From: Hypanus sabinus
Lineage: Eukaryota
Assembly (NCBI RefSeq): GCF_030144855.1
Contig: NW_026780455.1
Location: forward strand, 248,001-312,000
Direction: 5' to 3'
Length of the DNA: 64,000 bases
A model generated the notes under the pieces. The model saw nothing but the letters and a program-made list of their open reading frames with translations. It made no database searches and was not told the DNA's origin. Shown here in pieces: positions 1 to 11,612 of this stretch (the stretch's first letter is position 1; each line of letters starts with the position of its first letter). Made by a program: the position numbers and the translations under genes.

Positions 1-716
1 CCTAAATTCTCTCTTTAGAAGCTTCAACGTTTGTCCTCTAGTTCCAGTCTCAGCTTCCATTGGAAACAGCTTTCTGCCCTTGTCTTATCTGTCCATTTTG
101 TAATTTTATATGTTGCCAAAAGATCGTCTCTGATCCTGCTGAATCCCAGCGTGTACCGTCCCACGCGACACAAACTCTTCTCATAGTCTCGCCACCTCAT
201 CTCTGGAATCAAAACGGTGAAACGACTACGACGCCAGTAAATGCCTCCTCAAGTCAGGGGACCAGACCTGCACGCAGTATGTCAGCTGCCGCTTCACCGG
301 TGTCTTGTGCATTTGCAGCATAATCTACTTACTCTTGAATTGATCACTGTAGCAATGAAGGCCAATATCCAATTTGCCTTCGTGTTAACCTGCTGCTGCT
401 GCAAACCAAACTTTTGTGATTGAAGAACAAGCATTCTAAAGTCCCTCCACACTATACAGCACACTGCAATCGTTTATCACTTAAGAATACTCTGTTCTTC
501 CATTTGTCCTTAACAAGTAGATGACCTCGCCTCTATCAACATTGTCCTCCGTCCGCATAGACGCTGATACGTTCGCTAAAACAATCGGCATCCTTCTGTA
601 GGCTCCCAGTTACCACTGCACTATTTGTGTAGGCGGTAGATCGAGGCAGTTATGATGGCCACGTGACCTCATTCGCTTTCACAGCTGGAGCTTTGAGGTA
701 GTTATTTATATGTTTA

Positions 717-744
717 TTCATTCATTCATTCATTCATTCATTCA
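717..744. repeat. (TTCA)n microsatellite
   Basis: About 7 consecutive TTCA units. Confidence 0.9.
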
Positions 745-1203
745 ATCCAGCAATGCAGTCCCCTCCAGCAAACCTCGAGATAGCTGAATTATCCTACCAT
801 GTCCCAAATGGACTGTGGAACATCAATCACTGGAAGCATGTGTATGCTTCACAAAGAGTGCCGATGTAATTTGGCAGAATGCTGCCTGGATTGGAAATCA
901 CTCACTATGAGGAGAGTCTGTGAGAGCACGGACTTTCCTCTCTGGGAGTGAAGGTGCGTGTGAAGTTACTTGCACGAAGTGTTTGAGAGGCGAAGAAGCA
1001 AATATAGCGTTTGCCTTACAGAGAGGTAGCCGGGACACCGACAACCCCAAAGCTGGACAGAGAAATCCTGTAATGCATTCAGCCGATGTTTGCTAAAGCG
1101 GTACCGGTTTGAGAGTCGGGCCAAACAATAAGACGACAGGCATTAAAGAGAAGCTGAATTTTACTCCTCAACGTTAATGACGAGGAAGGAGCCAGGCACT
1201 TAC

Positions 1204-1384
1204 CAGGAACAGCTACAATGGCGAGGACAGGGTAGTAAATGGGTCGGATAGTCCGAAGCGCATAGGTGACACGTAAATCCAACCGCAGCGTTTCATAATA
1301 TAAAGAAAGATAACCATAGGCCCAGAAAATATCCTTCGGAATTCCCGCCGCATTCCGTGATATATTTCGCAGATTGCGATTCAT
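1204..1384 (-). CDS. Probable first coding exon of a class A orphan GPCR (chondrichthyan 'GPR139-like' expanded family); remainder presumably left of the window
   Basis: ATG at 1384 opens MNRNLRNISRNAAGIPKDIFWAYGYLSLYYETLRLDLRVTYALRTIRPIYYPVLAIVAVP (60 codons + 1 nt), ending at a strong G|GTAAGT donor. It has an N-I-S sequon, then IYYPVLAIVAVP resembling the start of TM1. The family assignment is from memory of annotated shark/ray proteins, not from a search. Confidence 0.6.
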
Positions 1385-1420
1385 TGTTGTGATAGTCCAG
1401 GTTCCCGTTCCCGATCCAGC

Positions 1421-1790
1421 CTCTGTCCTCTCTCTACCTGGAGCCCGCTGGTCTCTGATCGCGTACACTGGCGGCTTCACTGAAACTGCCGTTGTGAGCG
1501 AGACATATTAATAGAACAGGTAACCAGCAGCCACACCTCCGCAGTGATGTCGACAATCCCCGCGGATACATCTTTAATTCGGTTCCACGGAATGACAGGT
1601 GCAATTAATCCTTTATTTCCAGACTGTCAGAGAAGAGATACAAAAGCAGATTGGAAATGCATCCTATTATCCCAGAAGCCGGCTGTCCACGGATGCGTGC
1701 TGTGTCTGTAAACGGACACAGAATTGAGAAAAGTATTGGCACACAGCTAGAAACTGATATACAACCAGTCTGGAAATGAAGATATACAAA
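1421..1790 (-). repeat. Upstream/promoter segment of the putative GPCR, duplicated at 3926-4250
   Basis: Collinear near-identity: ctctgtcctctc..ggagcccgctggtctctg..gagacatattaatagaacagg..gccacacctcc..gtga(t/c)gtcgacaat..cggaatgaca(g/a)gtgca..gcagattgga. Confidence 0.8.
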
Positions 1791-1879
1791 GCAAATTTAA
1801 AAAGTAATGATGAGATAAGCAGATTAAAACAATTATTGCATAGATAGTTCAGAAAAATAATATTTGCAGAGTTAGATTG

Positions 1880-2400
1880 AAAATTATATCGAGTTGGATA
1901 ATTCCAAAATAATCCAATTCTGGCTGGCTGCCGGTTAACAGTGGAGTTCCACTGGGGGCAGAGTTGGGGCAGCCGCCTGTTTAAGATGTCTGCAAAAATT
2001 TGGGCAACAATATTAACGCATTTCTGGCTAAAGTGGCCGATAACAGAAAGATAGGTGGAGGAGCGTGTTGAGGAGATAGGTGGAGATATTTTGCAGAATG
2101 GGCAAAGGAGTGGCAAGTGAAATAGATATTTGGAAAGTCTGTGTTGATGCAGTTTGGTGAAGCACAGTAAGGATTTGACAAGGTTCCACAGGGACGGTTA
2201 CTTAGGTAAGTTCAATCATTACGTATTAATATTGAAGTAGTAAAATGGATTCAACAGCGTCTGGATGGGGCATGCCAACTAGTAATCCTGGATAACTTTT
2301 TTTTTTGTCAGATTAGAGTCCGGTGACTAGCGTGTGCCTCAGGGAACTTTACTGTGACCAGTTTTGTGTGTCATATACAATAATGATCTGGATGATGCGG
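1880..2400 (+). mobile_element. Degenerate CR1 LINE RT fragment
   Basis: Decayed ..SGVPxGxxLG.., 'EWAxEWQV' and 'YINDLD' type segments, similar to the larger CR1 at 28.4-30.8k. Confidence 0.6.
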
Positions 2401-3169
2401 TGGTAATTGCAGGTGAAAGGTAACAGAATGCGGTTAAGAACGATGATGTTAAGTAAAACTCCCATTGAGTACCATTTCAATACGGAAAACTTTTTGTTAA
2501 GGACGGAGCTGAGATGATCGTGGTCTTGTTACTCTTACCGGCTGAACCACTGAGGGTGCGGTCTTTCATCGATTCTGTTATGGTTATTATTCTATTAAGA
2601 GCTCATTTACTATCCTAGCAAGGAAATGAATCCCATGGTATATAGAAACGTGTATATACTGACCCCGCACCCCGGTTTCCTAGGCTACATAAGTCCACAG
2701 AAAGAGCACACCTGTCCGCTCAAAACTGGTGAAATTGAGATCGCTCGATTCCAAAACAAATCCCGTTGGTTTTTCTGCTGTGGATTTTGGAACCCTGTCA
2801 CAAACAAGTGCCATCAAATAACAGACAGCACACAATTATAACTATATTATATAATAACAATTACAGCAAGGGAAAAGGCCATCACTGCCCTTCAAGTCCG
2901 AGCTGAACGCTTACTCTCACCTATTCCAACCGACCTGTACTCAGCCCATAACCCTCCGTTCCATTCCAGTACACATACCGTGGTAAACTACATATACCTG
3001 AATGGACTCGCCCCTCTGCTGACTGCTCCTGTGGCTCCTCCCAAAGATCCATGGATAAAGGCGATTGGAGGCAGTGCTCTTCCCTCAGTCTCCAGGATGT
3101 TGTGTAGTGGTCTTTCTTGCTAATAAAAGCCTATCGTTCACCTCCCGTCTCCGAGTGTTACTGATGGTG

Positions 3170-3700
3170 CACCATATACTTACCCAATGTTATTTTAATT
3201 ACAATACCGAATCTGCCTCTACCACTTCTAATGGAAGATCGTTCCACACAGCTGCCACTCTCTGAGTAAAGAAGTTCCCCCACCTGTTACCTCTAGGCAT
3301 CTTCCTCTTTACTCTGAACTCATGTCCTCTTGTTTGAATCTCCCATTCTCTCAATGGAAAAAGAAAACCTCTCCACGTCAATTCCATCTATCCGCCTCAT
3401 AATTTAAATACCTCTATCAAGTCTTCGGTCAACCTTCTACGCTACAAACAATAAGGTCATAACTTGTTCAACCTTTCTCTGTAACTTAGCTGTTAAAACC
3501 CAGGTAACATTCTAATAAATTTCCTCTGTACTCTCCCTGTTTTGTTGACATTTTTCATATAATTCGGTGGGCAGAGTTGTACACAATACTTCAAATTTGG
3601 CTTCACTAATACCTTGTACAATTTTAACATTACATCCCAACTCCTATACTCAATGCTCTGATTTATAAAGGTCAGCATACGAAAAGCTTTCTTCACCACC
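3170..3700 (-). mobile_element. CR1 LINE ORF2 3' fragment
   Basis: ORFs MVKKAFRMLTFINQSIEYRSWDVMLKLYKVLVKPNLKYCVQL and RGHEFRV...NFFTQRVAAVWNDLP are typical CR1 C-terminal motifs. Confidence 0.8.
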
Positions 3701-3925
3701 CTATCCGCCGCCTCTTCTCGTCGAATCCTCTCGAGTCAAAGCCTCAAATATCCACTCCTTCACTGACCCACTCACTCACTGGCCGCTTCCCACAGGCCGC
3801 TCCGCTTGAGGTAACCATCTATTTATTTGTTGGCGGTTTTGAAACTGCTTGGTCACCTGTCCTCGATTGCCCAATCAGCTGCTTTCTGTCGAGTCTGAGC
3901 TATTCAAATCTTGATGGAATCCATA

Positions 3926-4250
3926 CTCTGTCCTCTCCCTACCCGGAGCCCGCTGGTCTCTGGTGGCGTAGACTGGCGTCTCTGACTGAGGCAGGCATTG
4001 AAAGGGAGACATATTAATAGAACAGGAAGTCAGAAGCCACACCTCCGGGGTGACGTCGACAATTTTCACGGACACTCCCTTAATTAAGTTCTACGGAATG
4101 ACAAGTGCAGTTAACCTTCCATTTGCAGACCGACAGAGAAGCGATACAAATGCAGATTGGAAGTGTATCTCGTGTCTGCAAGTGGACATAAAGTTGAGAA
4201 AGTGGTTGACACAAGTCAGACACTGAAATACAACTAATCTGGAAAGCAAG
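3926..4250 (-). repeat. Second copy of the putative GPCR upstream segment, coding exon absent
   Basis: Homologous to 1421-1790. On the minus strand it runs into ATG GAT TCC ATC AAG ATT TGA and then repeat/CR1 sequence. Confidence 0.75.
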
Positions 4251-5284
4251 GTACGGCTTGGAACTGGCCGAAAAAAGGAGATCCTCTATTCCGGCGCTGT
4301 CAATTGGAAATATTCTCTGAGCGATCATTGGTACAGACGGAGCAGAGTGCAGTTTGGAAGCTGTTGGCCAGGGTCTCTCACTCTCTATCTCTCTCTCCGT
4401 TTCTCTCTTTCTTTCTCTCTCCCCCTTTGTTTTTTACTCTCTCCCTGCCCCCTCTCCATCTCTCTCTCTCCACCTCCCTGACCACAGTTCCTGCTGGTTC
4501 TCTCTCTGCTCATAACTTTCACATCGGTCTATCTCTTTATCTATTTATTTATCTGGTTATGTATCTTTGTAGTTCAGTGCCGCAAATGGTCATTATTGAC
4601 ACCGAAGGCCAAGCCCCCTGCTTCTATTAACCAATCTGAATCGAGGCATGGGTCAGCAATACTCCGTCGATTCGTCATTGTCCCTCATGACTTTCGACAT
4701 CGCTTTCTCCCCTACAGACGCGTAATGATTGCATTCTCTTCTTCCTTAACTTTAACTCTTTTGCTCGCTCTCTCCTTCCATTCTTCCGTCTCTGTGCATC
4801 TCTTCTGCCGGACTTTAGTTCTTCCTGACTTTCCCCCGGCTCGTAACCCGCTCATCTGTCTACCTCTTCGTTTATTTGTTTTGATATGTATCTCTGATAA
4901 AAACGCCACAGCGATGAACAACGCCGTAGGCCAAATGAGCCAACCTCAGATCAGAATGAAAAATTACACCGGAATATCGGACAGCTGACTCGAATTTCAT
5001 CAGCTCAGATGATCCGGACTTCAACACCCTAACTGTGCCGCCGATAAAAATACAAGTTTAATCCCCTCCGCCGGAGAGAAACGATCATTTCAAAGACTGA
5101 ACACAAAAGGGAGAAGGACCGCCGTTCACAGGTGCTTGGTCATTGGTGATCTGACCTTGCAGTTTGGGGACATGAGGTTTCGAATTTTCGACCCACTACC
5201 AAGCTAAACAACGGCCATTGTTGCACTAAGTGAGTCCACCAAGAACACCGCCCCTTACCCTGTTTCTGCGCTGTTTTGACATAC

Positions 5285-5336
5285 TTGGGATCAACCGCAG
5301 AATAAGTCGGACGCAATGTGTCCTACAAGCCAGCAC
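5285..5336 (-). pseudogene. Orphan TRBV leader exon (CACSS family), ATG>GTG, no recognisable V exon
   Basis: GTG CTG GCT TGT AGG ACA CAT TGC GTC CGA CTT ATT CTG CGG TTG ATC CCA A|gtatgt (52 nt, phase 1) aligns to the leaders at 56205, 60658 and 62168. 5110-5410 is an inverted homolog of 62100-62400. Confidence 0.6.
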
Positions 5337-5409
5337 CGATCCAAGAGAGACACAAGACCCTTTGGGATCATGCGCAGCAGTCTGCTAATATCCAGGAGAA
5401 GCACTTTAT

Positions 5410-6145
5410 TCATTTTACTTCATTCTTTATTGACACCAAACAATTGACGCGAGAGCGTACAATCATCACAGTGATATTTATTTCTGCGCTTCGTGCTCCC
5501 TGACGTACAAACTAAAATAAATATAATAACAATTTAAAGTGTGGGGTAATGTGAGTCCAAGGATGGAAGATAGGTTTGTGTGATGTGTTGGGCTATGTTC
5601 ACTGTATTCTGCAGCCAATCTGCTTCCGGTCTTGGACAGGACAACTTCTATACCAGGTTGTGATACACCCTCGAAGAATTCTTTTTACAATGCACCTAAA
5701 AAAATTAGTGAGGATTTTAGGGGACAGGCCAAATTTCTTCAGCTCTCTCAGGAAGTAAAGGCGCTAGTGGGCCTACCTCGCAGTGGACTCTGCTTGGTTA
5801 GACCAATTCAGGTTATTTGTGATATTCACCACGAGGAACCTGAAGCTTTTGACCTGCTCCACCGATGTAGATAGGTTTGTACGGTCCGCTACTCCTTCTG
5901 AAGTCAACAACCAATTCCTTCGTCTTGCTGACGTTGAGGGAAAGATTATTGTCTTCGCACCATGCCACCAGGTTCTTAATTTCCTCCCTGCACTCAGACT
6001 CATCATTACCTAAGATACGGCCTACAATTGTGGTATCAACAGCAAATTTATATATTGAGTTTGACGGAAATTTGGCTACACAATAATGGGTGAACAGTGA
6101 GTACAGCAGGGGGCTGAGTGCACAGCCTTGTGGGGAACTGGTGCT
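5410..6145 (-). mobile_element. Rex1/Babar-type non-LTR retrotransposon RT fragment
   Basis: PQGCALSPLLYSLFTHYCVAKFPSNSIYKFAVDTTIVGRI...WCEDNNLSLNVSKTKELVVDFR. Confidence 0.8.
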
Positions 6146-6819
6146 CAGAGTGATTGTAGAGGAATTCTGGAATTCTCTGCCACATGAGGCAGTGGGGGCC
6201 AGCTCGGAAAATATGTTTAATACAAAGTTAGAGAGTTTTTTTTTTAATAGTAGGGGAGATAAGGCTTGTGGAGATGTGTCCATTGACAGATCAGCCATAA
6301 TGTGATGGAATGCCGCAGCAAGCCGAGTTGTGTTCCTGTTTCGTAAGCGTTCTGTAACTGAGCGCAACCATGTGATGGGGCAGAAAGTTAGAAAATGGGG
6401 GGGAGAGAGAGAGGGAGCGATGGGGCAGAGAGTGGTGGAGGGTCGGGGACGGAGAGGTGGAGGATGGGAGAGAGGAAGGCGATGGGAAATGAGATGGAGG
6501 GTGGGAGATTGAGTTGGACAGCGATGTGGGAGCGAGGTTCAAGCGGGGAAATCAATGTGCAAAGTATTAACAATTGATCAATCAGTAGGAATAAATTTCA
6601 CAATCCCGGAAAGTGACTCCGGACGAGCGTACAGTTGTGAGACCAAAGTTTCCAGAATCTACTGCCCTACTGTAGTCGCAAGTTGAGAACATGGCCTCGA
6701 CGGCGGAGGGACTTGATAATGGATCCTGCTTTCTTCTGGCAGCTTTTCAGGTTAGTGCGTTTTGGCTGCACTTGCGGGGTGAGGGGATAATGTACTCTGA
6801 TGGGCCGAATCCCGATGAG

Positions 6820-7381
6820 CTTTTTTGTCTGAGGCTGCCGTAGACGTGCGCCGCCGGGCGAGACTCGCTGCGCAGAAGTCGGTCGCCGAGTCCGTCTCCT
6901 CGCTGCCGTTGAGCTGCAGAGTGAAGCGGCTCTGTGCAGCTTCGAGTTTAGTGGCGAACCCAAGTTTCAAAGGTGGGGCGCAGGTGCCAAACTCGCTGCA
7001 GACCCACTCCAGACTCCTTCCCACTTGCCGGTACCGGTACATATTGTTGCTGCTCATGCCGCCTCCCTCCAATCTGCACTCAAAATTGAAACGATCTCCC
7101 GGCCGAATAGCCGCCGCGGTAGGGAACTGGACCACTGTCGGTGCAGCTGCCAGTACTGGATGAACATGCAAGAGATAATAATTCATAGTCAGGAGGCTTA
7201 TAACGGCATAATATTCGCGTTTTATAAAACAAATGATCTGGGATCGTCTTGGTATCCGTGATAATATCAGCTGATTCGACCCGCTCTAAGAAAAACAATC
7301 ATCAAAATAAAACTCACAATTGTCCAGCAGAGTTAGGAATAAAGTGAGAAAGGCGAGGGACACGTCCGCCGGGAGATGCAT
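6820..7381 (-). pseudogene. TCR V segment (short-CDR2, Cys-pair family), open frame but probably non-functional
   Basis: Leader 7381-7318 MHLPADVSLAFLTLFLTLLDN|gtgagt. V exon 7155-6859 reads ..FECRLEGGGMSSNNMYRYRQ..LEWVCSEFGTCAPP..DSATDFCAAS. Conserved Trp>Arg (7034-7036), Tyr>Asp before Cys104, heptamer CCCGGCG (6852-6858), 23 spacer, nonamer ACAAAAAAG. Confidence 0.9.
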
Positions 7382-8339
7382 TGCCCTTCTGAAACGCTGT
7401 TCGGCAACAAATGCGCCCTCTTTCCTTTTTCACCTGAAATCTTGTCGGTGGAATGTACCACCGGAAATGACGCCTGACCATTCATGATATTTGTCAATTG
7501 ATCTTGTGCTTACATCATAGAAAACTAATCGTCTACTTTGGATGGTAATAGCAATTGCCAGCTGTCATGTATCTGGCGGTGCAGAGGGAGACCTTCGGCC
7601 CCATTCGTCTCTGCTGACCAAATGTCGTATCAAATCTTGTCGCATTGCCCTCTGAGTCCTGCATTTTTTCACTAACAATTCGAGTTTCTGGCCTCTTCCT
7701 TTCCCGCCCTTGTTTTCTGCCTCATCACTCCTTCTTTCCAGTCCTACTGAATTATCGCACAGACTCTGTCTGAGATGCTGGACTCCTACAGCGTTTTGTG
7801 TGTGGTGCATATGAGTTTGTAGGGAAGAAAACTGGCGTTGTTTGGCATAATTTACTGAAAGGAAATATTTACAGTTTTTCACCTACAGGTTTCATGTTGG
7901 AAGAGCACCGTCTGTTGTCAAAATAGGGATCATATAGTCCTTGATTTCAGATTGCAATTGTTTTATTCTCGCTACAAGGATCCCGTACAATAATAATACA
8001 AAAGTTAATAATCATCAGCAACATCATGCTCAGACTGGTAAATCTGGGGATGTATTCAATGGAGCATCATACTCTTCCATTGGTTAACTTTATCTTAATT
8101 TCTCTGTGTAATGATCTTATTTATGTTTAGTGGTGTGTACTTCGTCTTACAATTACATGCGCTCGTGTGGAGCGTTGAAACCCGTTTTCGATGATGAAGG
8201 TGTGACCTCATCCGTTTTATCTGCCTGTTGTGTATATTGTTAATGCCCCCTTCAGTCCCAGGCTCACGTTAACCCAAGCTGGCTCGAGTGTCATTTCCGT
8301 TTTCTTTTTCATTTTTTCTTCGTGCGTTTTCACGGTATT

Positions 8340-8690
8340 AAATTATTAACAGCGAATTGCTTTTTATATCGAATTACTTTTGTTTTATGTTTATTGCTGA
8401 AATCTGTTTGGCAGATTTTCTTCAGACTTCCAACAAAAGTTTCCTTTTCACACACATAACATATAGGACACGGTAAGTGAAAAAAAAAACACCAGAAATA
8501 TTCCGAATTGAAAGAAGAAATTGAAAGACTTTGGAAAATGAACAGGGTATACCTTGTTCGGAAAGTAATATCCACAACTAGTTTCATCGGAAAGATAGCA
8601 TTACACAATTAGGCTGACGCAGCAACACCGAGTCCAATCTTTACAAAGCCAGTATACCAAGCTCCAATACAACAGTCGCCCACAACAATT
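8340..8690 (+). mobile_element. Possible R4/Dong-like (REL endonuclease) non-LTR 3' fragment
   Basis: Decayed frame ..HQKYSELKEEIERLWKMNRVYLV..VISTT.. resembles REL-domain C-termini (recollection only). Confidence 0.45.
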
Positions 8691-8700
8691 GAGAAGAGAG

Positions 8701-8876
8701 AGGTGCAGCCGCCAAAACTGGATTAACATGTAAGAAAAAATAATTGATGGTCACGTGGCTGATAAAGGCATAATATTCTGCCTTTTATAAAACAAATGAA
8801 TTGGAATGACTTTCAGTCGGCGATACAATCAACTGATTTGACCCGCAGTAAGAAAATAATTCATCAAAAGAAAAGT
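8701..8876 (-). pseudogene. Fragment of another short-CDR2-family V: intron plus first ~15 nt of the V exon
   Basis: Collinear with ~7140-7312 (ggtgcagc.gcca..actggat.aacatg.aaga..aataatt..ggcataatattc..ttttataaaacaaatga..ctgatt.gacccgc). Cut by LINE fragments on both sides. Confidence 0.75.
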
Positions 8877-9250
8877 CTGAATGGACCAATTGAGTTTAAG
8901 AGCCGAGAGGTAATGTTGCAGCAATATAGGACAGTCCTCAGACCCCATTTGGAGTACTGTGCTCAGTTCTGGTCTGCTATCCACGGGAAGGACGCGAAAA
9001 CCATAGAAAGGGTGCAGATCAGAATGACAGGAATGTTACATGGATGAGGGAGCAGGCCTTCTGAGAATAGGTAGAAAACACATCTTGCGAAGGCGGATGA
9101 GAGGTGACCTGATAGAGGTGTACAAGATAATGAGATGCACTAATCGTGTGGCGAGTGAGAGATTTATTTCTGGGGATGAACTGGCTAGCACGAGAAGACA
9201 CAGTTTTAAGGTGTTTTGAAGTAGATACAGAGGAGATGTCAGAGGATTTT
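8877..9250 (+). mobile_element. CR1 LINE 3' fragment
   Basis: IEFKSREVMLQQYRTVLRPHLEYCAQFWS..ERVQ. Confidence 0.8.
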
Positions 9251-9319
9251 TTTTTCTATTTATGTGTCTGCCTGCATCCATCTTTTCAATCGGTCTCCTG
9301 AGATGGTATCTTCACTAAC

Positions 9320-9600
9320 TGCACCTGGACCTTTGATGTCTCTGCTTCACGTAAATCGCTCCGGAAGAGATGGAGGCAAGTACAGTCAGCGCACGTGAGC
9401 CGTGAATCTGGTGAATCAGAACACGTGGTCTTGTGTGATGCGGTGACTGTGGCTGAACGGCAGCATTCCAACCAGAAGTCAATGTCGCCGCTTTTTGTCG
9501 TAGAGCTCCCTCAGTTGGCTTGGAGTTGCGGTACTACAGGACCCAGTGTAATTTAAGTCTATTTGCCTCCGTTTACTCAATAAATCCATGAAGCTTCACC
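9320..9600. repeat. Locally duplicated non-coding module carrying a (here degenerate) CTCF-like motif
   Basis: Inverted homolog of 45330-45606, partly homologous to 15850-15935 (cagaagtcaatg..cgc..ttt.gtc.tagagc.ccc..). Confidence 0.7.
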
Positions 9601-10036
9601 ATCTCTATACCTGCCCGAATGTTGTAGGTGTACCCTCCTCGACTGCTTTTTCCAGCCCCTCAGTCCGTGTATCTAACCTTATTTGAACATAAACAAATGC
9701 CCCTCTGTATAATATTCCCTAATTTGGGTTTAATCCCTCCTACCCAGGGGAAATAATGATGATGCATTTTCTCTATGCTCCGGGAGGTTTTACAGGCCTC
9801 GATAAAGTCAAAGTCCCAGTCAAAATAAATTTATTATCAAAGTACGTATATGGCTCCATAGACAACGTTGACAGTTATTTAACTGCAGGCATTCAGAGAG
9901 ACAGAGTTATGGTTAGGGTTGGTGGGTTTAGTAGTCTATTCTGTCACAGCACCATCATATTCGGCTGAATAATCCCGTAACAGTCGTGACTGCCTCCGTT
10001 CCAAAAATTGTTGTGTCAGGGTTATTCGTATTGCTG

Positions 10037-10050
10037 CCGCAGGGTGGCAC
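10037..10050 (+). promoter_or_regulatory. Candidate CTCF-binding element ~0.8 kb upstream of the V at 10847
   Basis: CCGCAGGGTGGCAC vs consensus CCASYAGRKGGCRS. Confidence 0.55.
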
Positions 10051-10735
10051 TCTATACAGGAATTTGACTTTGGGTTTTCAAGTCCCAGCTGCTGGGTCGC
10101 AGAGTAAAGCGGTTGCTTACCCGGTTAATCCCATTCTCGAAATCTAACACGCCACTGACAAGTTCGTTGCCACGTAACCACTTCTGCCCTGCTTAGTTTG
10201 CTGCCTTCTGGAGAATTCCTTGCTATACGCTTTCAATGTCCACTGCAATCGTCATCCCTGCCGAATTGCTGGCATGATTATAGTTTGTATGACAAGAGTT
10301 ATGAAGTTGTCAGTTGGACCAAAGCGTTTGTTTCCATAATGCACTAGTATACGACGCTACCATCTACACCTCTCAAGCAATAAATACTTGGGCCGAGAGG
10401 TCAGCGTCTGTAATACATATTCTACAATTCTGCTATTTACAATTCATAATCAACAAGGGGAAAAGACAGTTTGCTCTACCATATACGAAATTAATCTCTC
10501 TTTAAGCTGAACGTAATCCGTACCTCCCTGCTTATATTCCTCTCTATGCCTGCCAGAGCGGTACAGTGACTTTATTTATGACATCGAAGTTAGATCGTCG
10601 TGTCTAGGACTGAGAGGATAGCTCCCGTTGTCCTGCTCAACTTGGACTGGGGTCCAGCCTCCCGACTGATACCCGAATCAGCAAATGAATTGATCCACAC
10701 AGCAATCAAACTCAAACCTTCCAGTCTCGCTACTC

Positions 10736-10760
10736 AGTGACGTATGGTTGAGGGGCGGAG
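10736..10760 (+). promoter_or_regulatory. V-beta promoter: CRE-like decamer plus GC box
   Basis: AGTGACGTAT then GGGGCGGAG, ~100 bp 5' of the ATG at 10847. Confidence 0.7.
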
Positions 10761-10846
10761 CTTCGTCCGTTCACCCTGACAAGGCATTCAAAAGATTGTT
10801 CATTCCGAACGCCCTTCTGCTTGGAGAAAACTGACGAAGTTGAAAG

Positions 10847-11517
10847 ATGTTCGTGTTATTGGAGCTGCTCATCTGGCTTCACGGTAAACGACAGCTTCAA
10901 TTTGCGAGTAGTTTCAGGAACCAGTTCTGCATTTCCCATTCTGTACTCCGTTAATTCCTGCACTATATGATTTCCCAACGCTCTCTAGTGCTTTCTCGCT
11001 TTTTCATCGTTGCGCCGTTTTGCTATTTAATTCTCACCTCTGTCCGTCCAATTATATTTATTTTATTCTATTCCCTCACACTCTCTATATACTCCCCATC
11101 TCTTTCTCTGTTCCCCATATGTCTCTGCTTCCGCATTTATCATTCTCCCTCTTTGCTCCCTGTCTCCATGATCCGAGTGTACCTTCCTACTGACGTCATA
11201 CTCCGCTCCTCTCTTCCCCAGCCGCGAACTCGCAAACTATCCGGCAGTCTCCACCGGCTTTTTCCGGATCTCCGGGGAACCCGATGGCGCTATCCTGCAA
11301 CGTGGAGGGCAGCAGCACTTATTACGTGAACTGGTACCGCCAGTACCCGGGGCAGGGACCGCAGTTCATGTTCTACAGCTACGGAGCTAACATTAGGAAT
11401 CCAGACGGGGAAGTCGATGGATTTACCCTGCAGGCGCTTAAAGATAACGAGAACAAACTGGTGACCAACAGCCTGCGGCTGAATCACTCGGCCGTGTATT
11501 TCTGCGCCTGGAGTGTA
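10847..11517 (+). CDS. TRBV: Intact TCR beta V segment (TRBV30-like CAWS family); leader 10847-10883, V exon 11222-11517
   Basis: MFVLLELLIWLH|gtaaac..ccccag|AANSQTIRQSPPAFSGSPGNPMALSCNVEGSSTYYVNWYRQYPGQGPQFMFYSYGANIRNPDGEVDGFTLQALKDNENKLVTNSLRLNHSAVYFCAWSV. Cys23/Trp41/Cys104 present. Confidence 0.93.
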
Positions 11518-11556
11518 CACAGTGACGCGCCGAGAGGGAAGAACTCGACAAAAACC
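11518..11556 (+). other. 23-RSS (consensus)
   Basis: CACAGTG - 23 nt - ACAAAAACC. Confidence 0.97.
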
Positions 11557-11598
11557 CCAGCTGGCATTTAAATAGCGTGGCAGAGCAAGCACACTTGG

Positions 11599-11612
11599 CC
11601 GCGGGGTGGCGT
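11599..11612 (+). promoter_or_regulatory. Candidate CTCF element 42 bp 3' of the RSS
   Basis: CCGCGGGGTGGCGT. Confidence 0.55.
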
